Under the pieces are notes generated by a model. That model worked only from the letters and a program-made list of their open reading frames with translations, made no database searches and had not been told where the DNA came from. 64,000 nucleotides of DNA, taken from assembly GCA_913043005.1 (NCBI GenBank), contig CAJWKU010000004.1:22981-86980 (forward strand). The letters are read 5' to 3'. The stretch comes from an uncultured Cryomorphaceae bacterium (GTDB lineage Bacteria > Bacteroidota > Bacteroidia > Flavobacteriales > Schleiferiaceae). The position numbers and the translations under genes are program-made. Positions 28,043-35,822 of the stretch are shown piece after piece (the stretch's first letter is position 1; each line of letters starts with the position of its first letter).

Positions 28043-29125
28043 ATGCAAACTGATTATAAAGTTTTATTGGAGCAGTTAAATAGTATTAAACCCGTTGAAT
28101 ATGGGTTTAATAGAAACTATATAGACGGAGATGTTACCAGATTATCACCTTATATATCAAGAGGTGTTTTATCAACACGCCAGGTTCTTGATAGTCTCAT
28201 TAGGAGGGGTTTTGATTTGGGTAAAATAGAAAAAATGATACAAGAGTTAGCTTGGAGAGACTATTGGCAGAGAGTTTGGCAAGAAAAGAATATTGATATT
28301 GAGATTAAACATTCCCAAAAAGATGTAATTGATTATGGTGTCTCTGAAAGTATAGTAAATGCAAATACGGGTATTGAAGCTATTGATTTGCAGATTAATG
28401 AGCTTTATCGGACAGGTTATATGCATAATCACCTTAGAATGTATGTTGCGGCACTAAGTACTAATGTGGCAAAGAATCACTGGAAACTTCCAGCTAAATG
28501 GATGTATTATCATTTATTAGATGGGGATTGGGCATCTAATGCTTTAAGTTGGCAGTGGGTGGCAGGAACAAACAGCAATAAAAACTATATTGCAAATCAA
28601 GAAAATATCAATAAGTATACGCACACCAATCAAAAAGGTTCATTTTTAGATGTGGATTATCAAAAATTAAGTTTAATCTCACAACCAGAAGAGCTAAGAG
28701 ATTTATCCAAATTTGATTTTGAAATAACATATCCGGAATTTGAGACTTTTAATATTAATGATGGGCAAAGTGTTTGTATTTATAATTATTATAATCTTGA
28801 CCCAAACTGGAGAAAAGAATCTAAATATCATAGGGTCCTGCTTATTGAACCCAGTATTTTCAGTAAATACCCAATAGGAGAAAAAGCAATGAATTTCATG
28901 CTTTCCCTAGCCAGAAATATCGATGATATAAAAGTCTTTGTAGGTGAATTTAATCAATTACCAATAGGGGAGTCGCAAGTTATTTTTAAGGAACATCCAC
29001 TTAATAAAAACTATAAGGGGATTGAGGATCAAAGAGAATGGATGAGTTCAATAAAAGGTTATCATTCTTCTTTCTTCTCATTTTGGAAGAAAGCGAAAAA
29101 AGAAATTTTTCAGAAGAATGCCTAA
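28043..29125 (+). CDS. Cryptochrome/photolyase-homology protein: FAD-binding domain at the N-terminus, extra C-terminal domain
   Basis: Photolyase FAD-domain motifs start near residue 30: RLSPYISRGVLS, ELAWRDYW, TGYMHNHLRMYVA, DGDWASNALSWQWVAG. About 145 further residues follow them. Confidence 0.75.
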   Translation: MQTDYKVLLEQLNSIKPVEYGFNRNYIDGDVTRLSPYISRGVLSTRQVLDSLIRRGFDLGKIEKMIQELAWRDYWQRVWQEKNIDIEIKHSQKDVIDYGVSESIVNANTGIEAIDLQINELYRTGYMHNHLRMYVAALSTNVAKNHWKLPAKWMYYHLLDGDWASNALSWQWVAGTNSNKNYIANQENINKYTHTNQKGSFLDVDYQKLSLISQPEELRDLSKFDFEITYPEFETFNINDGQSVCIYNYYNLDPNWRKESKYHRVLLIEPSIFSKYPIGEKAMNFMLSLARNIDDIKVFVGEFNQLPIGESQVIFKEHPLNKNYKGIEDQREWMSSIKGYHSSFFSFWKKAKKEIFQKNA

Positions 29126-29249
29126 AAATTTACCCTCAAAAATCTGTATCGTTTGTAACCGACCTTTTAATTGGAGAAAGAAATGGAAAAAAAATTGGGA
29201 TGATGTTAAATACTGTAGTCAAAAATGTAGATTAAATAGGTCTAAATAA
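29118..29249 (+). CDS. DUF2256-like small zinc-ribbon protein (43 aa), not in the ORF track
   Basis: My manual translation is MPKNLPSKICIVCNRPFNWRKKWKKNWDDVKYCSQKCRLNRSK. It has a CxxC...CxxxC pattern with the WRKKW...W..VKYCS core. The ATG overlaps the last 8 nt of the upstream gene. Confidence 0.7.
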   Translation: MPKNLPSKICIVCNRPFNWRKKWKKNWDDVKYCSQKCRLNRSK

Positions 29250-29384
29250 ATATCCCACAAAATGATATTTTAAAAACTCTTATTTTAGATATCTTCAATA
29301 GCTCTTTTTCATTATCATAATTTTCTCTCATTTATAGATGTCATAATTACTTAATTTGTCCTAACATTTGAGTAAGTTAGACCT

Positions 29385-30344
29385 ATGAAGAAACCGGGAA
29401 ACGAAAATCGAAGGCGATTTTTAAAAAATACCGCTTTGTCTTTGCTGTCAGTTGCAGCTATTCCAAATATTCTTAAAGCTTCGAATCTAAAAGTTTCCAT
29501 AGGCGAAGAGGATTTGACTAGTACATGCGAAGAATCTACTGAAGACGCATATGGACAAGGGCCTTTTTACACTGCAAACCCACCAACTATTCAGAATGAC
29601 AAGCTTTCAGGCGTCAACGAAGTTGGCAAACGAATTATCATTAGTGGTCAGGTGTATAATTTGGACTGCTCAGAAGTTATTCCAAATACGGAAATTGATG
29701 TCTGGCAAGCTAATAATGCTGGCCAATATGATAACCTTGGGTACAATTTAAGAGGAAAGACAACAACAAATAGTCAAGGGTTTTATTTGTTTGAGACGAT
29801 AAAACCAGGATTTTACCTTAATGGATCTACTTTTCGACCATCACATATTCATTTTAAAATAACACCTCCAGGTTTTAGCACATTAATAACTCAGCTTTAT
29901 TTTCAAGGAGATCCCTATATACCTTCTGATGCTGCTGCTTCAATTACTAGTGGGCAATATGATGCTACTAACCGTATCATTCCATTAATCGCAAATTCTA
30001 ATGGAGATCTTGAAGGGGTTTGGGATATCATAATAGATGGCAATGGAGTTTCCATAGGGACAAACAATATTCATCTTGATAAAGGAATTATTTACACTGC
30101 AACTCCCAATCCATTTACTGATCATCTTGAAATTAATTATGGCGTTTTTCAAAAGTCAAAAGTTAATATATCGATATATGACATTAGAGGTCGGGTAGTA
30201 GCTACTCTTGACCAGAGAATATTAGGCCCTGAGAAATATTCTGTGCATTGGAGTCCTCCTAGAGATCTAACAAAGGGGCATTATTTTATCGCCATAATGA
30301 TAAATGATTTACAAGTTCATTATTTGAAGGTTATCCGACAATAA
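29385..30344 (+). CDS. Intradiol ring-cleavage dioxygenase-like protein with Tat signal and T9SS C-terminal sorting domain
   Basis: It has a twin-arginine signal (NRRRFLKNTALSLLSVAA). The dioxygenase core reads DVWQANNAGQYD, GFYLFETIKPGFY, RPSHIHFKI. The C-terminal tail reads PNPFTDHLEINY...ISIYDIRGRVVATL...GHYFIAI...KVIRQ. Confidence 0.8.
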   Translation: MKKPGNENRRRFLKNTALSLLSVAAIPNILKASNLKVSIGEEDLTSTCEESTEDAYGQGPFYTANPPTIQNDKLSGVNEVGKRIIISGQVYNLDCSEVIPNTEIDVWQANNAGQYDNLGYNLRGKTTTNSQGFYLFETIKPGFYLNGSTFRPSHIHFKITPPGFSTLITQLYFQGDPYIPSDAAASITSGQYDATNRIIPLIANSNGDLEGVWDIIIDGNGVSIGTNNIHLDKGIIYTATPNPFTDHLEINYGVFQKSKVNISIYDIRGRVVATLDQRILGPEKYSVHWSPPRDLTKGHYFIAIMINDLQVHYLKVIRQ

Positions 30345-30372
30345 TTAAAAGTAGTACCTTATTATAAAGAAT

Positions 30373-30400
30373 AAACCCACTCATTTGAGTGGGTTTGTTT
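30373..30400. terminator. Hairpin terminator between the dioxygenase-like gene and tRNA-Val
   Basis: The inverted repeat aaacccactca/tgagtgggttt is followed by gtttt. Confidence 0.65.
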
Positions 30401-30404
30401 TTAG

Positions 30405-30479
30405 TGGGAGATGAGGGGTTCGAACCCCCGACCCCCTCGGTGTAAACGAGGTGCTCTGAACCAGCTGAGCTAATCTCCC
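30405..30479 (-). tRNA. tRNA-Val (anticodon TAC)
   Basis: The reverse complement GGGAGATTAGCTCAGCTGGTTCAGAGCACCTCGTTTACACCGAGGGGGTCGGGGGTTCGAACCCCTCATCTCCCA folds as a 75-nt cloverleaf. The anticodon loop is TTTACAC. Confidence 0.93.
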
Positions 30480-30488
30480 GGAGGGGTG

Positions 30489-30496
30489 CAAATATA
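30489..30496 (-). promoter_or_regulatory. -7 box TATATTTG for tRNA-Val
   Basis: It lies within a plus-strand tgcaaatata block, 9 nt upstream of the tRNA 5' end. Confidence 0.5.
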
Positions 30497-30630
30497 GGTT
30501 TTGGAAGTCGTTATACAAGTCCTTTAAAAAAAATGGGTTGGCTACCTTAATTGTTTCGATTAGTCAGCTCATTTTTTTTCTTATATAATTAATAGTCAAC
30601 AACTTATAATTCAGAAAAGAGATGAGTAAA

Positions 30631-31113
30631 CTATTTTTTCTCCTTTTTAAAGGTCATGCTGAGACTGTTAACACAATACCTCAATTTAGTTTCTGTGGGA
30701 CCATCGTTAAAAACGTGACCAAGGTGGCCTCCGCATTTAGAACAAAGGATTTCAGTGCGAATCATTCCTGCGCTGAAATCTCGAATCTCTGTTATAGCTC
30801 CATCAATAATTTCTTTATCAAAACTTGGCCAACCACAATGCGCATCAAATTTAGAATTTGAAGTGAATAAATTAGACCCACAACCTGCACAACTATAAGT
30901 GCCGGTTTCAAAGTGTTTATCATATTCACCAGTTCCAGGGTACTCTGTGCCTTTTTGACGAAGAATCCTAAATCTTTCAGGACCTAGTTCCTGCTTCCAT
31001 TGAGTTTCATTTTTTGATATTTCAGGTTTGAAGTCTGACATACTAGTTATAGTTTGGGACTGGCATTGGGAAAACGATAAAAAAACAATTAATCCGAGAA
31101 AATATATTTTCAT
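30631..31113 (-). CDS. msrB: Peptide-methionine (R)-S-oxide reductase MsrB with N-terminal signal peptide
   Basis: The SelR domain has two CxxC zinc pairs (CAGCGSNLF, CSKCGGHLGHVF) and the catalytic RYCVNS. The N-terminus is MKIYFLGLIVFLSFSQCQSQ. Confidence 0.88.
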   Translation of the reverse strand: MKIYFLGLIVFLSFSQCQSQTITSMSDFKPEISKNETQWKQELGPERFRILRQKGTEYPGTGEYDKHFETGTYSCAGCGSNLFTSNSKFDAHCGWPSFDKEIIDGAITEIRDFSAGMIRTEILCSKCGGHLGHVFNDGPTETKLRYCVNSLSMTFKKEKK

Positions 31114-31220
31114 TATACCTAGTTAAACGTAATAAGAGAGTTTAAGGTTCAATAAAAATCTAAAATTAAAAGTTTAAGACTCTTATGATTTAAACAAAAT
31201 AACAGAAACAATTTATTTAG

Positions 31221-31303
31221 TGCCCTGAACTGGACTCGAACCAGCACAACCAAAGGTCACCACCCCCTCAAGGTGGCGTGTCTACCAATTTCACCACCAG
31301 GGC
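31221..31303 (-). tRNA. tRNA-Leu (anticodon GAG)
   Basis: The reverse complement GCCCTGGTGGTGAAATTGGTAGACACGCCACCTTGAGGGGGTGGTGACCTTTGGTTGTGCTGGTTCGAGTCCAGTTCAGGGCA is an 83-nt class II tRNA with a long variable arm. Confidence 0.9.
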
Positions 31304-31315
31304 GTTTAATTTTTG

Positions 31316-31388
31316 TGACCCGACTGGGGCTCGAACCCAGGACCCATACATTAAAAGTGTATTGCTCTACCAGCTGAGCTATCGAGTC
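31316..31388 (-). tRNA. tRNA-Lys (anticodon TTT)
   Basis: The reverse complement GACTCGATAGCTCAGCTGGTAGAGCAATACACTTTTAATGTATGGGTCCTGGGTTCGAGCCCCAGTCGGGTCA is 73 nt. It lies 12 nt upstream of tRNA-Leu, so the two are probably cotranscribed. Confidence 0.92.
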
Positions 31389-31409
31389 TTCATTTTGGAA
31401 ATGAGGCTG

Positions 31410-31417
31410 CAAATATA
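31410..31417 (-). promoter_or_regulatory. -7 box TATATTTG for the tRNA-Lys/tRNA-Leu unit
   Basis: It lies within a plus-strand tgcaaatata block, 21 nt upstream of the tRNA-Lys 5' end. Confidence 0.5.
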
Positions 31418-31474
31418 GATAGAAACTTTAATTTAATTGTTGCGATAATTTCTATTTAAGTAATAATTTAAAGG

Positions 31475-31990
31475 ATGCAAAAACCGATATTTATTATTGG
31501 CTACATGGGGTCAGGCAAGTCCAGGCTAGCAAAGGTTTTAAGCGAATCTCTAAGTTGTAGTCATCATGACCTTGATGATCTTATTTCCCAGGCACATGGA
31601 AAAACTATTGAAGAAATTTTTAATTCAGAGGGCGAAATAGCCTTTCGAAAAATGGAAAAAAGACAATTGCGACTTTTAAATGAGAGTTTTGGCGTTGTTT
31701 CCATGGGGGGAGGAACTCCATGTTATTTTGATAATATCGACTGGATGAACGCGAATGGAGTAACAGTTTATTTAAGGGCAAAAACCCCTACTCTTGTGCA
31801 GCATCTGAGCAAAGAAAATGGCATTGTAAGACCATTATTAAGAGATGTTCAAAAGAAGGATCTTCCGGAGTTTATTGCGAAGCATCTTTTTGAACGTCAA
31901 TATTTTTATGAACAAGCCTTGATTAGTTGCAATGTAGAAACTTCGGGTTGGGAAGAGGATTTAGTCCAGAAAATAACTAATCTCAATTAG
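31475..31990 (+). CDS. aroK: Shikimate kinase
   Basis: It has the P-loop GYMGSGKS and the stretches FRKMEKRQL and MGGGTP. The protein is 171 aa. Confidence 0.88.
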   Translation: MQKPIFIIGYMGSGKSRLAKVLSESLSCSHHDLDDLISQAHGKTIEEIFNSEGEIAFRKMEKRQLRLLNESFGVVSMGGGTPCYFDNIDWMNANGVTVYLRAKTPTLVQHLSKENGIVRPLLRDVQKKDLPEFIAKHLFERQYFYEQALISCNVETSGWEEDLVQKITNLN

Positions 31991-32026
31991 ATATTTCTCG
32001 ATAAATTTTAGTTAATATATTGAATT

Positions 32027-33760
32027 ATGAAGAAGAAAGTTTCATTTACATGGGCTTTTAAAGAATATATCTGGCCTAGAAGAGGAGTAGTTTCTTTTGG
32101 ATTAGTTTTAATAATTTTTAGAAGTATTTCAGGGTTAGTATTGCCATATGCGAGCAAAAACCTTATTGATGAGGTAATTCCAACTAGGGATACTGATGCT
32201 CTTATCGTCTTATTGTTTATTGTTTGTTCTGCCTTGTTGTTTCAGTCGATAAGCTCATTTTCTTTAACTCGTGTTTTAAGCGTAGAGGCGCAGCATTTAA
32301 TTTCTGTTTTACGTGCAAAAGTTCAAAGAAAATTACTGACTCTTCCCGTAAGTTTTTTTGATAATAATAAATCAGGTGCCCTAGTTTCAAGGGTAATGAC
32401 GGATGTTGAGGGTGTTAGAAATTTAGTTGGTACTGGATTAGTCCAACTTATTGGAGGAAGTATTAGTGCAATTATTTCTCTGATTATATTAATCAATATA
32501 AATGCACAAATGACCTTATTTGTTCTTGTGCCAGTTTCAATTTTTGCACTGATTGCTTTAAAGTCTTTTAGTTATATACGTCCTATTTTCAGAGTTCGAG
32601 GAAAGATTAATGCTGAGGTTACAGGTCGTTTAACTGAAACTCTAAACGGAATTCGTGTAATAAAAGGTTTTAATGCAGAATTACAAGAGCAAAAAGTCTT
32701 TGAAAACGGAGTAGATAATTTATTTCAAAATGTAAAAAAAAGTTTAACAGCCACGGCATTTGTAACAAGCTCCTCTACTTTTTTACTCGGGCTGGCTTCG
32801 GCGGGTATAATGGGGATGGGAGGTTTCTTCATAATGAATAATAGCATGACCTACGGAGAGTTTGTGTCATTTACACTTTTTTTGGGATTTATGATTGCAC
32901 CTATTGTACAAATGAGTAATATTGGTAGTCAACTTACTGAAGCTTTTGCAGGTTTAGATAGAACTCAGGAATTAATGAGTTTACCCGAAGAGAATGACTC
33001 TGAAAATCGTAAAATAGTTCTTGGAGAAATTAAAGGAAACATTTCTTTTAAAAATGTTTCCTTTTCATATGATGATAAAGTAAAAGTGCTACCTGATATA
33101 TCATTTGACGTTCCTAATGGAAATGTCATTGCGATGGTGGGTTCTTCTGGATCGGGAAAATCAACTATTGCAGGATTAGTTGCAGCATTTTTAAATCCAA
33201 ATTCAGGAGAAGTGCTGATAGATGGAGTAGATTTATCTAAGGTAGACCTTAGAAGTTATAGAAATCAATTAGGAGTTGTGCTTCAAGATGATTTCTTGTA
33301 CGAGGGCACGATAAGAGAAAATATTTTGTTTCCGAGGCCAGATGCCACTGAAAAAGAACTTGACCAAGCCATAAAAGGAGCTTATGTAGACGAATTTACA
33401 GATCGTTTTAAAGAGGGTATAGATACTCTTATTGGTGAGCGTGGAGTAAAATTATCCGGAGGTCAACGACAAAGAATTTCCATTGCAAGAGCGTTACTTG
33501 CGAAACCTAAAATTGTTATTTTAGATGAAGCTACTTCAAATTTAGATACCCAAAGTGAGGCATTTATTCAAAAAAGTCTGAGTTTATTAATGAAAGACAG
33601 AACAACTTTGGTGATCGCTCACAGACTTAGTACCATACAAAAAGCAGATCAGATTTTAGTAATCGAAAATGGTGACATTGTTGAACACGGAAAACATGAA
33701 GAATTACTTGCCTCTGAAGGGAGATATTATGAATTGTATACTTATCAAACGAGGATATAA
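32027..33760 (+). CDS. ABC exporter, fused permease/ATPase (MsbA-like)
   Basis: A six-TM N-terminal half is followed by Walker A GSSGSGKST, the signature LSGGQRQR and Walker B VILDEATS. Confidence 0.88.
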   Translation: MKKKVSFTWAFKEYIWPRRGVVSFGLVLIIFRSISGLVLPYASKNLIDEVIPTRDTDALIVLLFIVCSALLFQSISSFSLTRVLSVEAQHLISVLRAKVQRKLLTLPVSFFDNNKSGALVSRVMTDVEGVRNLVGTGLVQLIGGSISAIISLIILININAQMTLFVLVPVSIFALIALKSFSYIRPIFRVRGKINAEVTGRLTETLNGIRVIKGFNAELQEQKVFENGVDNLFQNVKKSLTATAFVTSSSTFLLGLASAGIMGMGGFFIMNNSMTYGEFVSFTLFLGFMIAPIVQMSNIGSQLTEAFAGLDRTQELMSLPEENDSENRKIVLGEIKGNISFKNVSFSYDDKVKVLPDISFDVPNGNVIAMVGSSGSGKSTIAGLVAAFLNPNSGEVLIDGVDLSKVDLRSYRNQLGVVLQDDFLYEGTIRENILFPRPDATEKELDQAIKGAYVDEFTDRFKEGIDTLIGERGVKLSGGQRQRISIARALLAKPKIVILDEATSNLDTQSEAFIQKSLSLLMKDRTTLVIAHRLSTIQKADQILVIENGDIVEHGKHEELLASEGRYYELYTYQTRI

Positions 33761-33792
33761 ATTTTTTGATTTTGTTTCAGAAAACAACTAAC

Positions 33793-34293
33793 CTAAACTA
33801 GATATACGGCTGATGGACTTTCAAAGTTGACTTCAACTCTATCTTGATAGCTTGTGCTCAAGCTAACACCTTTTATATCCGCTTTGATAGGGTATTTTTT
33901 ATGATTTCTATCTATCAGTACAGCTGTAGATAATCGGTCTATTTTTCCGTTTAGGAAGTAGTTAACAGCATAAATTAGAGTTCCTCCGGAGCTTAAAACA
34001 TCATCTACAACAACAATAGACTTCCCCTCAAATTCTTGCGGTGACAGTTCACATTTAGTCGTGCCGTTTGAAGGATCTTTTTTATTTATTGAAATTTCAC
34101 TCAGAATTACTTTGCCATCATAGATCTTATTTAAATAAATCAATAGCTTTTCCGCAAGTTTATATCCAGATTTAGAAATGCCAACAAGATGGAATTCTTT
34201 TTCCTTTGAATTTAATTCAAGTATCTGCCAAGCCATACGATTAATAACTCTATCAAGTCTTGCTGGGTCGAGTATTAAAGTTCTATCTGTCAT
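33793..34293 (-). CDS. Phosphoribosyltransferase family protein (PyrR-like architecture)
   Basis: The PRPP-binding loop is IVVVDDVLSSGGT. The overall layout resembles PyrR/UPRTase, but the sequence is diverged. Confidence 0.6.
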   Translation of the reverse strand: MTDRTLILDPARLDRVINRMAWQILELNSKEKEFHLVGISKSGYKLAEKLLIYLNKIYDGKVILSEISINKKDPSNGTTKCELSPQEFEGKSIVVVDDVLSSGGTLIYAVNYFLNGKIDRLSTAVLIDRNHKKYPIKADIKGVSLSTSYQDRVEVNFESPSAVYLV

Positions 34294-34351
34294 AATTGCA
34301 ATTTAGTAACAAAAACATGTGGTTTGACTCTTATTCAAAAATCAATAAAAT

Positions 34352-35764
34352 TTAAGGACGAAGGCTTAAGGATAAAATATTTTCTACATGGTGGGTTTGA
34401 GGGAACATATCAATTGGTTGAATTAAATCGACTTTATAGACTTCGTTTAGTATGCTTAAATCTCTAGCTTGAGATGCAGGATTACAGGATACGTAGACAA
34501 TTCTGGGGATTTTTAACTCATTTAAACGTTGAACTACTTTTGGATGCATTCCATCTCTGGGTGGGTCTGCTACTAAAATATTGGGCTTTCCGTGTTCATT
34601 CCAAATTTTCTTTTCAAAGACATTTCTCATATCTCCAACTATAAAATGTGCATTGGAAATATTATTGTTGAATGCATTTTGCTTCGCAGCTTCAATTGCT
34701 TCCGGAACACTTTCTATTCCAATAACTTTTTTAGCAACTTGTGCCATGAATAATGCTATTGTTCCTGTTCCTGTATAAAGATCATAAACAATGTCTTCCT
34801 TCTCGATTTTTGCAAGTCTGATTACTTCGCAATAAAGTCTTTGAGCTTGAACTGGGTTTGTTTGATAGAAACTTTTAGGTCCAATTTTAAATGAAAGTTC
34901 TTTGCCCACGTCAAGTGCAGAGGGCATATATTCGGTCAAAGCATAATCTCCGCTGTGTAATTGAAGATCTAAATCATAAATTGAATCATTGCCTTTGGTG
35001 TTGTGAGCAAAATATATACTTGATATTTCTTGGAATTTTTCAGCAAGAGAATCTAATAATTTAATGCCATCTCCCTCGGGGGATTCATAAAATTGTATGA
35101 CAAGCATCCAAAGACCTTTTTGAGTAGACCTGAGCATCATGGTTCTGAGTAGTCCAATTCTTTTTCTCGGGTGATAGAAAGATAAACCATGATCTATGGC
35201 ATATTTTCTAATAAATAATCTTATTGCATTAGATGGTTCGGGTTGAAGATGACATGTATTAATATCAATTATTTTATCCCACATGCCTGGAGCATGATAG
35301 CCTAGTGCTTCGCGTGATTCTATTTCAACTCCAGAATTTATTTCATCGATTGAGAGCCAGCGGTTTGAAGAGAAACTAAATTCAAGTTTATTTCTATATC
35401 TGTATTCCTTAGGGGCAGGGATAATTGGAAGAAATTCTCCGCTATCTATATTTCCTATTCTTGTTAAATTATCTTGAACCTCTTTAGCTTTAAATTCTGT
35501 TTGACTTTTATATTTAACATGCTGCCAGTTGCATCCTCCACACACTTGGGCATGCTCACATAATGGATCTCTTCTATTTGGGCTAGGCGTTATAATGTTA
35601 TCTATTACGCATTCTAGGTGCTTTTTCCTCTTCCGTATTATTCTTACATCAGCGACATCTCCAGGAGCAGCTCCTTTAACTAGAAGTGTTTGGCCATCAG
35701 GTGCATGACCAATGGACATTCCTTTTCCTCCGGCACGTTTAATCAATACATCCTTAATTACCAT
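34352..35764 (-). CDS. rlmD: 23S rRNA (uracil-5-)-methyltransferase RlmD/RumA family
   Basis: It has a TRAM-like N-terminus and an Fe-S Cys cluster (CEHAQVCGGCNWQH). The SAM site is DLYTGTGTI and the catalytic region is VYVSCNP. I set the start at the ATG at 35764. Confidence 0.85.
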   Translation of the reverse strand: MVIKDVLIKRAGGKGMSIGHAPDGQTLLVKGAAPGDVADVRIIRKRKKHLECVIDNIITPSPNRRDPLCEHAQVCGGCNWQHVKYKSQTEFKAKEVQDNLTRIGNIDSGEFLPIIPAPKEYRYRNKLEFSFSSNRWLSIDEINSGVEIESREALGYHAPGMWDKIIDINTCHLQPEPSNAIRLFIRKYAIDHGLSFYHPRKRIGLLRTMMLRSTQKGLWMLVIQFYESPEGDGIKLLDSLAEKFQEISSIYFAHNTKGNDSIYDLDLQLHSGDYALTEYMPSALDVGKELSFKIGPKSFYQTNPVQAQRLYCEVIRLAKIEKEDIVYDLYTGTGTIALFMAQVAKKVIGIESVPEAIEAAKQNAFNNNISNAHFIVGDMRNVFEKKIWNEHGKPNILVADPPRDGMHPKVVQRLNELKIPRIVYVSCNPASQARDLSILNEVYKVDLIQPIDMFPQTHHVENILSLSLRP

Positions 35765-35793
35765 CACATAAAGATACTGGTGTTTGTAAAGCT

Positions 35794-35801
35794 TATCTTT
35801 G
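35794..35801 (+). promoter_or_regulatory. -7 box TATCTTTG for rocD
   Basis: It is an exact TAnnTTTG match 21 nt upstream of the ATG at 35823. This argues against the track's TTG start at 35799. Confidence 0.45.
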
Positions 35802-35822
35802 ATTAGCAGAAAATTTTACTTT

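Noticed and set aside
29038-29235. A 65-aa ORF in the track spanning the end of the photolyase-like gene.
   Set aside because: It has no recognisable features and lies largely inside the upstream CDS. A different frame over the same DNA gives a clean DUF2256-like zinc ribbon (29118..29249).
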